A stretch of 64,000 nt of DNA from Candidatus Poseidoniales archaeon (GTDB lineage: Archaea > Thermoplasmatota > Poseidoniia > MGIII > CG-Epi1): the NCBI GenBank assembly GCA_045567915.1, contig JBJLCA010000036.1:3410-67409 (forward strand), in the 5' to 3' direction. Numbering within the stretch: position 1 is the first letter of the stretch; every line of letters starts with the position of its first letter. A model generated the notes under the pieces. That model had not been told where the DNA came from and did not search any database. It saw nothing but the letters and a program-made list of their open reading frames with translations. Positions 34,901 to 43,768 of the stretch are shown piece by piece. Position numbers and translations under genes: made by a program.

Positions 34901-37900
34901 TTAGAGGTACCGTGACAAGAGATGACGGAACTGAAGTCTATAATGAAACTCAGACTATTGACTCATTAGAATCAAAAACTAATTCCACATTAGAATGGAC
35001 TTGGGAAGGAGGCCCTGAGGGAACTTATACGATAAGAGTTGAGACGCTTTTATCTGGAGATGAACGTGCTGGTAACAATCCAAAAGAAGAAAATATAGAT
35101 ATTGCTGAAAGTGGATATAATGTCGCACTAGCTGTACAAGAACAGGCAAAAGATGTATTATCTGGTGAATCTGTAGCTTACAATTTTACAGCTACAAATA
35201 CTGGAGAAAATAGTGGTTACTATGACGTAACTGTGGACTCTGAACAAGAGGACGATTGGAAAATTATTTCACATGTAAGCTCTATTTACCTAACTGCAGG
35301 ATCAAGTCAGAATTTTACAGTAATAGTTATTGCACCTACTCTAGAGCCAAGCGGCAATGAACATGCATTTACTGTAACTGTAACAAGTAGAGATGATCCT
35401 GAAACTGAAGATAGCAGTGATATTTCTGCAACTCCATTTTATCATTCTCAAGAAGGTGGCGATAAAGTACTCTTAATTGATGCTAATTTTGGTAAAAATA
35501 ATGGATATAATAATTATTACAATGTAGATAAGATAGATAATCGTTTAAAACTTGCATTACAACAATATTTCACAGACGGTGAAAGTCGTGGCTACGATGT
35601 TTACACTATGCCTTACGATAGCGAACTTGGAAATTTTGGTGAATTAGGGCCTTATCCTACTTTAGACCTAATGAGTGGTTATGATGTCGTAATATGGACT
35701 CAAGGAGACCATAATCAAAGAAATATTACTAGTTGGGAAGAATGTATTAGTGATTATCTAGATGGGGGAGGTAGTCTTTGGATAATGGGTCAGCAATTTT
35801 TGAGTGCCTTAAATGGAAGTGACGGGCCTAGAGAGTCTGGCGATTTTGAATACGACTATTTCATGATAGAATACGTAAGAAATAGTGCTGGAACTCCAGA
35901 TCCACTAATAGGTGTAGATGATGATGAAATATTTGGCGATGCTGAATATGACATGGGTGACACTAGCATATATTATTCAGATTATGCTGACTGGATAAAG
36001 CCTAGAGATGAAGCAATAGGTGCTTTCTACACTGATCGAAGTAATTGGTGGCATATAGTAGACACAGTTAGTGATCCAAATAGAAAAGCAAACAGCCCAA
36101 CCCACTCAATGTGGATAGGTGATGAATCTAAAGGCGATGGCGAATATAGTAGTGGATGGGATTATTCGATATACACTTCTGAAGCTTATACACTAGGCAA
36201 TGGCGCACAACTGTCATTCCAACACTACTACGATACTGAGAGTGAAAGCTATGCCTATGATGGAGGTAATGTCCAACTTTCTACTGATGATGGGGAAACC
36301 TGGGAAGTAATCGAACCTAACGGAGGATACCCTGGGCAATCTGTCAGTGGATTAGATGGTGAACCCGGATACTATGGACAATCTGGCGGATGGGTGCAGG
36401 CTACTTTCGATCTTTCCAACTTTTCCGGCGAGGAAATTAAACTAAAATGGAGATTTGGTGCTGATGGAGTCATTGACGCATACGAAGGTTGGTATTTTGA
36501 TGACGTTGAACTAACCTCCAATGGGGGAACTACAAGCCATCTTTCTGATGATATGGAAAGTGGAATGGATAACTGGAATGATGCTGCTCAAGTTTTCAAT
36601 ATGTCATTACACTATGAAGGCGACTACAGACTAATTGTATCTCCTTTCACTTTTGGGAAAGTTAATACATCCAACGATCGTGAAGATATGGTAGGAAGAG
36701 CTCTCGATTGGTTAAGGGCGTCCGCAGCTGCTGATGATGTTGGAGTAAAAGTACTCAAATTAGAAAGTGACACAAAAGAAAACTCAACTATTCTCTTTTC
36801 AAGCATAATTAAGAATTATGGATCTGATACTCAAGCTGCGATAGATGTCAAGGCTACTATTTTGAATTCTGAAGGAAATGAAATATGGACCGATAATCAA
36901 CAGATATCAGGACCATTAGAATCTGGGGAAGAAGAAACATTAGACTGGGAATGGGAAAGTAATAATCCTGGCGAATACACTATCGTTGTAGAAACTACAA
37001 AAGAAGATGAAAATCATAGAAATAATGATAAGGATATTAATTTAGATATTGAAATGATACATATACCTGAGATTTCAACTTTTAATGAAGATAAAGAAGG
37101 GGAACCTGGAGCAAAATTAGAATTTAATATTGTTCTCAAAAATAAAGCTTCTGGAACAGACACATTCTATCTCGACATGACTGGAACTGCAGAAGAATGG
37201 GGTTCCATGACAAATCAAATGGAAATGAAGAGTAATGAAAGTAAGGATGTTGAACTTCAAATTACAATCCCTGATGATGCTGAATATGATTTATATGATT
37301 TAACTATTATTCTTAGTGCAGGTGATGTTACTGAAACTTTAGAATTAACTATAGATGTAACTGATGATCCAACGAACTATGAAGTAGAAATATCAGTAAG
37401 TCCGACAAATGCTGATTCTGTAGCAGGTCAAGAAGTAGAATTTAGTGTAACTATATTTAACAAAGGTGATGAATCTGACACATTTGACTTAGAAGTATTA
37501 GGCGATGAAAAATCATGGGTTGATTTTGAAGAAAATGGAATTTCTATTGGATCTGATGGAGAAGCTACTGTTAATGGAATAATAAATATCCCTGATGATC
37601 AGGACGATGGAAATGTATACATTGAGATAGTAGCTACATCAAGAGGAGATGAGACTGCACAAGACGATAAAACTATTAGGGTCTCTGTCGAAGAACTAGA
37701 AGCTGGTCTAACTCTAAGAAGAGAAGGATCTGGATTAAGAACTATAGCGCCTGGTGAAAATGACATTATTGAATTTATTGCATTAAGTGATGGTAATGGA
37801 AAACAAACCATAGAAGTAATGGCTGAAAGTGAAGCTGGAAATTGGGTCATTTTGAATCCTTCTACATTTGATTTAGATATTGAAGAATCTAAGACTTTCA

Positions 37901-38580
37901 CTGCAACTGTAAATGTTCCATTAGGTACTTCCGATGCAACCTATCGTCTAGAGATTCTGGTTTTTGATGATAATGGTAATGAGTTAGCAAAATCTATATC
38001 TAATATTGTCGTACAAACTCCAATTGAAGAAATACAAGATGTTTCACTTTGCTTTGCAGATTTAAGTAATCTATGCATAGGTTCAGCTAACTTTGAAATA
38101 ACTATTGAATCTGCAAAAATACAAACTGCTTCTGCTGGATTTATTATAGAGAATAAAGGAACCGTGGATGTAGATATCGCTCTCGAATTAATAATGCCTG
38201 ACGGATCTAAAGATACTGATCTATACTTTGATGAAAATAGTAAAGAGTGGAGAGTCGCTATTTCTCCATCAGATACTAAATTATATCCTCTAAAAGTTAA
38301 TGCTGGAGAAACGCTAGATTGGGGTGCCTTAGCTGTTATTGCAAGGGAAGTTTTACCTGGAACATATACTTATACTTTGAATATTTTGTCTGCAACTGAA
38401 GCATCAAGTGGAGAATATGTATTTGATGTATTAGACCAAATTACGCTAACCGTTACTGTGGAAGGTGAAGTCGTTTCTGAGGAAAATAATTCTGAAGCCG
38501 AAGACTCTTTACTTCCTGGTCCTTCATTTATGTCAATTGTTGCATTATTAGCATTAATAGTTTACAGAAGAAAACACTAA
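31978..38580 (+). CDS. Giant (2,200 aa) acidic surface protein: many CARDB-like Ig domains, duplicated alpha/beta-like module, three jelly-roll modules (two with Asp-box), PGF-CTERM-like tail
   Basis: Signal peptide 'MSRKITALLLAMLMLPFSAMNTLA'. CARDB pattern 'DLSINGISFSEDSPTGGDDITITAEIANDGG...HTIKVIVDEEEQITESDEDNN'. Asp-boxes 'TTDDGETW' and 'STDDGETW'. Tail 'SLLPGPSFMSIVALLALIVYRRKH'. Confidence 0.85.
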   Translation: MSRKITALLLAMLMLPFSAMNTLADENDPDLSINGISFSEDSPTGGDDITITAEIANDGGTSGLISVTTNVSFYSDSDFIGKQTITIPGGNTADAEMDWTAVGGTHTIKVIVDEEEQITESDEDNNQDTESITVSYPPILLLDDDNSGNNGGSRTETDQYYANALDNLTNPIAYDIIRVNSSADGPGIDVLSEYQMIIWVCGTDYQSGDTDVTFTDNDKTNVAEYLEGGGAMWVIGMDILYDFDTSDGDRSSGDFEYDYLGVSYADNDRATPAVVYGVDDDPISDGIEYNADAISSDFADDVNPRSGFEKVLSSNGDYNISTIRTEDEFKLVFMTIDFSSITSSDDRDEFMENVVEYLVEQLENDVSLSRFNNPKDEETVEPNVENIVNVTVRNRGTEDQDSIQVSLEITCLNNSYTFTDSETISLDAGTGTYVEFEWDTPDDEDYVYELKSKAIISDDEKEENNEKIIKVNTYVTYDLEVKDARATPMIAEKEEEREMSVIVTNSGDVTMNSEISGKIYDGAGNVIDNLGNQDVEELAPDESLTLTWEWETDDYGTFWFEAKVIDEDDEVPENDIIDAMMRSVDVEFTDDMEDGVNGWTNYKSLSNPWHLIDTDEDSNREASSPTHAMWVGDGSKGDGEYDNNWDFSVYTSEEIELGQTNPQMSVDVWYSTEFSWDGGNVQITTDDGETWEVINPDGGYPDDAVVGLDNEPGYTGTSGEGESADWETATFSLANYTNDNVRFKFRFGTDSSVEAYEGWYIDNIEVSSGTETHFEDDFEDGDGEWMADIVESEWNYYSNKSYSGDYSWYLGNPSTETYSASLNDSLESPTFDIGEGSEKYVSAMVWFAIDGPSDLVNLEINQSGEWETLEIFPENDGDYSSEYDGADENGWLYFESDVSEYEGDVSFRLRFESNTFTQLEGLYVDNFAVYSLPPIPNDVGTKELDSPATAKPGRAVTFTSEIYNFGTNDQEDFDIRGTVTRDDGTEVYNETQTIDSLESKTNSTLEWTWEGGPEGTYTIRVETLLSGDERAGNNPKEENIDIAESGYNVALAVQEQAKDVLSGESVAYNFTATNTGENSGYYDVTVDSEQEDDWKIISHVSSIYLTAGSSQNFTVIVIAPTLEPSGNEHAFTVTVTSRDDPETEDSSDISATPFYHSQEGGDKVLLIDANFGKNNGYNNYYNVDKIDNRLKLALQQYFTDGESRGYDVYTMPYDSELGNFGELGPYPTLDLMSGYDVVIWTQGDHNQRNITSWEECISDYLDGGGSLWIMGQQFLSALNGSDGPRESGDFEYDYFMIEYVRNSAGTPDPLIGVDDDEIFGDAEYDMGDTSIYYSDYADWIKPRDEAIGAFYTDRSNWWHIVDTVSDPNRKANSPTHSMWIGDESKGDGEYSSGWDYSIYTSEAYTLGNGAQLSFQHYYDTESESYAYDGGNVQLSTDDGETWEVIEPNGGYPGQSVSGLDGEPGYYGQSGGWVQATFDLSNFSGEEIKLKWRFGADGVIDAYEGWYFDDVELTSNGGTTSHLSDDMESGMDNWNDAAQVFNMSLHYEGDYRLIVSPFTFGKVNTSNDREDMVGRALDWLRASAAADDVGVKVLKLESDTKENSTILFSSIIKNYGSDTQAAIDVKATILNSEGNEIWTDNQQISGPLESGEEETLDWEWESNNPGEYTIVVETTKEDENHRNNDKDINLDIEMIHIPEISTFNEDKEGEPGAKLEFNIVLKNKASGTDTFYLDMTGTAEEWGSMTNQMEMKSNESKDVELQITIPDDAEYDLYDLTIILSAGDVTETLELTIDVTDDPTNYEVEISVSPTNADSVAGQEVEFSVTIFNKGDESDTFDLEVLGDEKSWVDFEENGISIGSDGEATVNGIINIPDDQDDGNVYIEIVATSRGDETAQDDKTIRVSVEELEAGLTLRREGSGLRTIAPGENDIIEFIALSDGNGKQTIEVMAESEAGNWVILNPSTFDLDIEESKTFTATVNVPLGTSDATYRLEILVFDDNGNELAKSISNIVVQTPIEEIQDVSLCFADLSNLCIGSANFEITIESAKIQTASAGFIIENKGTVDVDIALELIMPDGSKDTDLYFDENSKEWRVAISPSDTKLYPLKVNAGETLDWGALAVIAREVLPGTYTYTLNILSATEASSGEYVFDVLDQITLTVTVEGEVVSEENNSEAEDSLLPGPSFMSIVALLALIVYRRKH

Positions 38581-39368
38581 TCAAAATAATTATTTGAGAT
38601 TAAAAAAGGTAAAAGCAAAAAATAAACTAGATATAAAATAAAAGCAAAAGGCCACAGTGCTTCCCATATTGCTTGTTCCAAATATCTAAGCACTATTGTT
38701 AATATTAAAATAATCAATCCGAATAGAATAGGATATTTGAATTGCTTTCTAGCTTTAGCATAGGGTATCGTTGATGCCGTCAATAACGATACTAAACCTA
38801 TAGACAATGGAATCAATAAATTACTATAATCATTAATTTGTGAATACTTAATTGAAATTACTACTATGAACATAGTGAGGCCAGGAGAAGGTAAACCAGA
38901 AAAGTATTCATTATTGCCTTGATCGCCTATTGTAAAATTAGCTAATCGGATAATGCTTAAAATTGCAATTAGTAATGCTGAAGAAATTGCAACAATATTA
39001 TCTACATTGTACCTGAAATCTAACTCAAAATTATCATCAAAAATGTCTATTGCTGGACCTTTATCTAAATTATAATACAATGAATAAACCAAAATTGATG
39101 GAGCAATTCCGAAACATATTGAATCTGAAATTGAATCAAGATATTTTCCGTAGTGATGTTTGGTGCCAAACTTTCTAGCTAAAGCGCCATCCATTCCATC
39201 AATAATTGCACAAAACGGCAATATCAACATAGCTACGATGTAACTTTTCTCATTACCATCAATCATGTATGTTATTGCTAAAAAACCTAAACAAGCACTC
39301 AGTAAAGTTGCCATATCTGCATAAGAAATCAAGGTTAATGGCCTAAACATTTGTTTTAAATTAATCAT
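38577..39368 (-). CDS. pssA: CDP-alcohol phosphatidyltransferase, PssA-type (archaetidylserine synthase-like)
   Basis: 'DGMDGALARKFGTKHHYGKYLDSISDSICFG' = D-G-x2-A-R-x8-G-x3-D-x3-D. Polytopic. Starts 3 nt after the upstream fusion gene. 4-nt convergent stop overlap with the giant gene. Head-group specificity is inferred from context only. Confidence 0.7.
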   Translation of the reverse strand: MINLKQMFRPLTLISYADMATLLSACLGFLAITYMIDGNEKSYIVAMLILPFCAIIDGMDGALARKFGTKHHYGKYLDSISDSICFGIAPSILVYSLYYNLDKGPAIDIFDDNFELDFRYNVDNIVAISSALLIAILSIIRLANFTIGDQGNNEYFSGLPSPGLTMFIVVISIKYSQINDYSNLLIPLSIGLVSLLTASTIPYAKARKQFKYPILFGLIILILTIVLRYLEQAIWEALWPFAFILYLVYFLLLPFLISNNYFD

Positions 39369-39371
39369 AAT

Positions 39372-41030
39372 TCACTCATCACTTTGTGTAGCTTGTAACT
39401 TTGACAATAGACGCTTAGGTGCCTCAAAAAGTTTTTCAGTCACAGATAATGAGGACATTGGAGTATACTCTGCTAATTGTTGTCCTGCTAATACCTTATC
39501 ACCTTTCTTAATTAAAAGATTAATGCCTGCAGACTCAAAGGATAAATCTACACGTGAACCAAAATGTATTAATCCTATTCTTTCACCCTTGGTAACTTCT
39601 ATACCTGGTTTAACGTAACTAACAATTCGCCTAACTAAAACTCCTGCTATCTGAATTACTTTCATTACACCAATTGAGGTTTCTATCTTAGTCATCAGAC
39701 GCTCGTTCTTGTCTGAATCCTTGTAAAAAGCTGGAAGGTAACCTCCAGATTTATGTTTAATAGACAAAACTTTCCCATCAAAAGGAGACCTGTTTACATG
39801 AACATTATGGACATTCATAAATATGGATAAGCGGACCATTCCACTCTTTATTTCTGCCCTTTGTACAAGACCATCAGCAGGACTAACAATTCCAGATTCA
39901 ATCTTTCTTTCAGGATCTCGGTAAAAATACAACAAAAAGAAAGAAACTAATAACAAGATTATTGATAAGGAATACATGCTTTCAAGAGGAAGATTTGAAT
40001 CAAAACCTTGCTCTTTAACTGAGGTTGAAAAGAAACCAAATGGAAATAGAACTAAACCAGCAACTAATAGATATGCCACTTGAGAAGGCATACCTTTAGC
40101 AAAAGGAAGTCCTCGTAAACCATCAGGAGCTTTTCTGAGAGGTAAATCAATTACTCCCAATATGGAATCTTGCATTTCTGGTAAAAAATGAAATACTGCA
40201 ATTGCTAAAAATACTAAAGCAATTAAACTTCCAACCTTCCCTAAAACTCCATGAGCGTAAAAGAAAGTCTCCTCTCCCCAAACGTGCTCATATGTTAACC
40301 AAATTACAACTGCATTTCTAATTAAATTTAAGAGATAAATTGCAGGGACTGTAGCAAGAAATGCATAAAATCTTCTATCTGCCGGAGCCTTAGTACAAAC
40401 GACTCCGCCTACAAATATTATCATACTTTGCAAGGCCGTACATGCTAGTACAATCGTTAGGGATATAGAATCGGGATTACGCCATTCATCACCTTCAATA
40501 GCAATTTGAACTTCTTCATGCTCTGAAGCTGGCCTGTAATATTTTGAGCCGTCACCATAGTCTAAATTACCTAAAGACGTTGGAATATCAAATGAATTCA
40601 AAATCCATATTGATTGTTCTGCAACTATTTGAATCAACCAACCTGAAAGAAGAGGAACCCTTTCTACAAAAAAGTAGATTCCGCCTGCAACAACAGTCAT
40701 TGCAGCTAACCATCGAAGAGGTTCATACTTGGCATTCCAGCGTATGCTAAGATATTCATGAATTGCTAAATAACCAAAAAATGGCATTGCTAACGCGCAA
40801 AAAAGACCATTTGCAGGATCATTAATTAAAATATAATGTTCTACTTGTATCCACCAAAAAAAACCAAGAAGTAACCAACCTATTATGTTTAGGTTATGGC
40901 CTATCTTAACTGGAAATTTCTTGCCGAAAAATATATGGGCTTTACTTGAGAAGAAATAACCTAATGATAAAATAATTAAAGAACTGATGACGAGAATTTC
41001 TGCAAGTATTGATAAATCACTAGACATCAA
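39372..41030 (-). CDS. Fusion protein: archaeosortase (ArtA)-like polytopic domain + archaeal-type phosphatidylserine decarboxylase proenzyme
   Basis: Uninterrupted 552 codons. N-terminal ~300 aa with about 8 TM and Cys197 'TIVLACTALQSM', Arg238 'LLNLIRNAVV', His260 'FFYAHGVLGKVG' (exosortase/archaeosortase-type spacing). Residues ~370-500 read 'RDPER...SPADGLV...NVHNVHVNRSPFDGKV...IAGVLVRRIV...GERIGLIHFGSRVDL' (Asd/PSD-related, Gly-Ser self-cleavage site). Confidence 0.75.
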   Translation of the reverse strand: MMSSDLSILAEILVISSLIILSLGYFFSSKAHIFFGKKFPVKIGHNLNIIGWLLLGFFWWIQVEHYILINDPANGLFCALAMPFFGYLAIHEYLSIRWNAKYEPLRWLAAMTVVAGGIYFFVERVPLLSGWLIQIVAEQSIWILNSFDIPTSLGNLDYGDGSKYYRPASEHEEVQIAIEGDEWRNPDSISLTIVLACTALQSMIIFVGGVVCTKAPADRRFYAFLATVPAIYLLNLIRNAVVIWLTYEHVWGEETFFYAHGVLGKVGSLIALVFLAIAVFHFLPEMQDSILGVIDLPLRKAPDGLRGLPFAKGMPSQVAYLLVAGLVLFPFGFFSTSVKEQGFDSNLPLESMYSLSIILLLVSFFLLYFYRDPERKIESGIVSPADGLVQRAEIKSGMVRLSIFMNVHNVHVNRSPFDGKVLSIKHKSGGYLPAFYKDSDKNERLMTKIETSIGVMKVIQIAGVLVRRIVSYVKPGIEVTKGERIGLIHFGSRVDLSFESAGINLLIKKGDKVLAGQQLAEYTPMSSLSVTEKLFEAPKRLLSKLQATQSDE

Positions 41031-41058
41031 TTAGCATCAAAACCGTTCTAGAAAAAAC

Positions 41059-41793
41059 CTAAGGTCTTCTCTCTAACCATTTCTGGGCCTCTGAATATGA
41101 GTCTAAACTACCAATATCATACCAATTTCCTTTAAACGATACTGAATCAACTGAGTTACGTTTAACATTCCAAGCCAAAAAATTACCCATAGCGTCTCTG
41201 TCTCCACCTTCACTAATGTATGAGAAAAAATTAGCAATACCTGATTCAGATAACAACCAATAAGCTGTTGCTGCTAATGTGGAGGGAGGAGTGGAAGGTT
41301 TTTCGACGAAATCAATAATTTTATTATCTTCTAAGTCAGCTATACCATATAATTTTGCTAATTCTACATTTTCAACATCAAACAGGCCAATAACATCTGA
41401 TTTAGATTCACTATAAACTGTAACCATTTTTGTTAAATCAAAATCCGACAAATTATCTCCACCTGCAATAAAAACTGGACCTTTTAAATTCTTATTTTTG
41501 AATAAAAGATTTAAAGCACCTAATGCTCCTAATTTTTGATCTTCACTATCGCTCTCTTCAACAAATAATTCTACATTTTTAAAGCCTGTATTAGAATCTA
41601 AATAATCTTGAAATTGTGGTGCAAAAAAACTATTAACTGAAACTATAATTCTATCTAAATCTAAATTAATTAAAGAGTCTATAACATAATCAAGCATAGG
41701 CCTCCCTGCCAGATTAAGTAATTGTTTAGGCTTATTCTTAGTTAATGGCCACATTCTTTTGGCAAAGCCGCCTGCCAGAATTATTCCGTCCAT
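41059..41793 (-). CDS. Sugar-phosphate nucleotidyltransferase (NTP_transferase family)
   Basis: 'MDGIILAGGFAKRMWPLTKNKPKQLLNLAGRPMLDYVI' (G-x-G-x-R-L signature region), 'FIAGGDNL'. The start overlaps the upstream stop by 1 nt (TAATG). Confidence 0.75.
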   Translation of the reverse strand: MDGIILAGGFAKRMWPLTKNKPKQLLNLAGRPMLDYVIDSLINLDLDRIIVSVNSFFAPQFQDYLDSNTGFKNVELFVEESDSEDQKLGALGALNLLFKNKNLKGPVFIAGGDNLSDFDLTKMVTVYSESKSDVIGLFDVENVELAKLYGIADLEDNKIIDFVEKPSTPPSTLAATAYWLLSESGIANFFSYISEGGDRDAMGNFLAWNVKRNSVDSVSFKGNWYDIGSLDSYSEAQKWLERRP

Positions 41794-42683
41794 TAAAGAT
41801 CTATTTTGCCGCCAGACATTAACTGCTGTAATGCATCATCTGCAGCTGAATCTAATTTCTTTGGATTGTATAGCTCATCCTTTATGTTTTTTCTGTGATC
41901 TTTGACAACTTGCCACCTTGCTTGTCTCTCTTCAGTAGCTGTTTTCCTGTGTAATTTCAAAGCTTCAAGCATTTCCATGGCTTTAGAGTGTTGATTATCT
42001 GCTTTCTTACGAACGTTAACGAATTCTTTATGCTTCTTATCTGCTTCTGTAGACAAATGCGAAGCTTCCTTCATCAAATTGCTTACTTTTTTATAAATTT
42101 TTTTGTTAAGCTTAGCCAATACTATGACCTCACTATGTTGCTCATTAGCCTTAGAAAACTCAGAATCAATTTCAGTATCTAACTCAGAAACTTCAAGATT
42201 TAAATGTTCTTGAGTTGCAAGGTCACTTTCTTGATCGCTCAAACTCCGCCTTAGTATTCCTAACTTTTCCATTACTTCCCTTTCTTTTGAGATTGGCATC
42301 TCTGTTGTTTCTCTTCTTCTTTCCAAATTCAAAATTTCAGAATTGAGGGCCTGAACTGTATCTGTGAGAGACTTTCCACCTTTCTTATTTCCTCTCTTTT
42401 GCTGTTTAATTGAAATCAATTGTTTAGCTTTTTCCTGTGCTGTATTTCTTACCTTTTGATGTGCTGCTTTAGCTGAAGTATTAGACTTCATTTCATCTCT
42501 ATGCTTCATAATTTCTTCCATAATTTTACCTCTTTGATCATGGAGAGCATTTCGCTCATCACGAATACTTCTAGCTTCATCATTAAAATTATTACGTTTG
42601 ACTACACAACTTTGGAACCGTTCCTCTGCCAATTTAATCTCGGATTTTGGCTTTTTTTGTTGTCTAGATTTCTTTTGACTCAT
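41793..42683 (-). CDS. Lys/Glu-rich coiled-coil protein (archaeal COG1340-like)
   Basis: About 296 aa of continuous heptad-like K/E/R/Q sequence, with no TM. Start placed at 'MSQKKSRQQKK' (42683). The listed ORF starts at 42722. Confidence 0.5.
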   Translation of the reverse strand: MSQKKSRQQKKPKSEIKLAEERFQSCVVKRNNFNDEARSIRDERNALHDQRGKIMEEIMKHRDEMKSNTSAKAAHQKVRNTAQEKAKQLISIKQQKRGNKKGGKSLTDTVQALNSEILNLERRRETTEMPISKEREVMEKLGILRRSLSDQESDLATQEHLNLEVSELDTEIDSEFSKANEQHSEVIVLAKLNKKIYKKVSNLMKEASHLSTEADKKHKEFVNVRKKADNQHSKAMEMLEALKLHRKTATEERQARWQVVKDHRKNIKDELYNPKKLDSAADDALQQLMSGGKIDL

Positions 42684-42746
42684 AACTAAATACGCCTCTA
42701 GGAAGTTGTAAACCTCGAGCATATAATATAAAGCTGACTATTCAAA

Positions 42747-43709
42747 CTAAAATGCAAATGGATTGAGTATTGAATATATTGATTTATCTACTGGACCAAC
42801 ATCTAATTGCATAGGTTCTCCTGTAAACTTTTCAACAACTTCCATGTATCTTGCCGATGCCTCAACTCTAAGATCATCAGTTAGCTTAGGCGGTTTTCCT
42901 TTTCCAGTAAAGCCCTTTTCTGAAAGCCAAGTTCTGACATATTCTTTATCTAGCTTACGAGGCTCTTCTCCTTTCTCAAAACGTGCTTCATAGTCGTCCT
43001 TCATCCAATATCTGCTAGAATCTGGAGTATTAACTTCATCCATCAACATTATTTTACCATTAGAAATACCAAACTCATATTTTGTATCTACAAAAATCAT
43101 CCCGTGGTCTGCAGCTCTGGCAACTCCTCTTTCATATAATCTCATTGAAATTCGTGCTAATTCTTTGTACAAACCCGGTTCAACTGCACCTCTTTTGTAT
43201 AACTCAGATGGAGCTACAGATTCATCATGTTCACCTTGTGCAGCTTTAGTTGATGGTGTGATTATCGGCTCTGGAAATGCTTCGTTTTTACGCATTCCAT
43301 CGGGCAATTCATTACCACAAAAATTTCTATCTCCTTTTTGGTATGCAGTCCATGCTGATGTCGATGTTACGCCAGTTAGATAACCTCTAACTACCATTTC
43401 AACCTGTATCGGTTCACATCTTTTAACTTTCCAGACATTAGGGTGTGGACGTCTGATTATATGATTTGCCACTATATCTGCAGTTTCACCAAACCACCAA
43501 TCTGCTAGTTCTACAAGAGATTGGCCTTTGAAAGGTACAGTTCCTAGAACTTTATCAAATGCAGAAATTCGGTCTGTAGTGACCATAGTAATAGTATCTT
43601 CATTGATATAATTATCTCGAACTTTACCCTTGTATAACTCTCCTTGGTCATCAAAGTTCGTTCCTTCTAGCGCGTATTCTAATTGTTGTTTTATCAGGTC
43701 TCGGTCCAT
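42747..43709 (-). CDS. purC: Phosphoribosylaminoimidazole-succinocarboxamide (SAICAR) synthase
   Basis: 'LYKGKVRDNY', 'MVTTDRISAFD', 'IFVDTKYEFG', 'LMDEVNTPDSSRYW'. Confidence 0.9.
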   Translation of the reverse strand: MDRDLIKQQLEYALEGTNFDDQGELYKGKVRDNYINEDTITMVTTDRISAFDKVLGTVPFKGQSLVELADWWFGETADIVANHIIRRPHPNVWKVKRCEPIQVEMVVRGYLTGVTSTSAWTAYQKGDRNFCGNELPDGMRKNEAFPEPIITPSTKAAQGEHDESVAPSELYKRGAVEPGLYKELARISMRLYERGVARAADHGMIFVDTKYEFGISNGKIMLMDEVNTPDSSRYWMKDDYEARFEKGEEPRKLDKEYVRTWLSEKGFTGKGKPPKLTDDLRVEASARYMEVVEKFTGEPMQLDVGPVDKSIYSILNPFAF

Positions 43710-43768
43710 AAGCTATCTGCTCATTGGACAAGGGACTAAAAGAGCCTCTCCCATGTGATTTTACTTCC

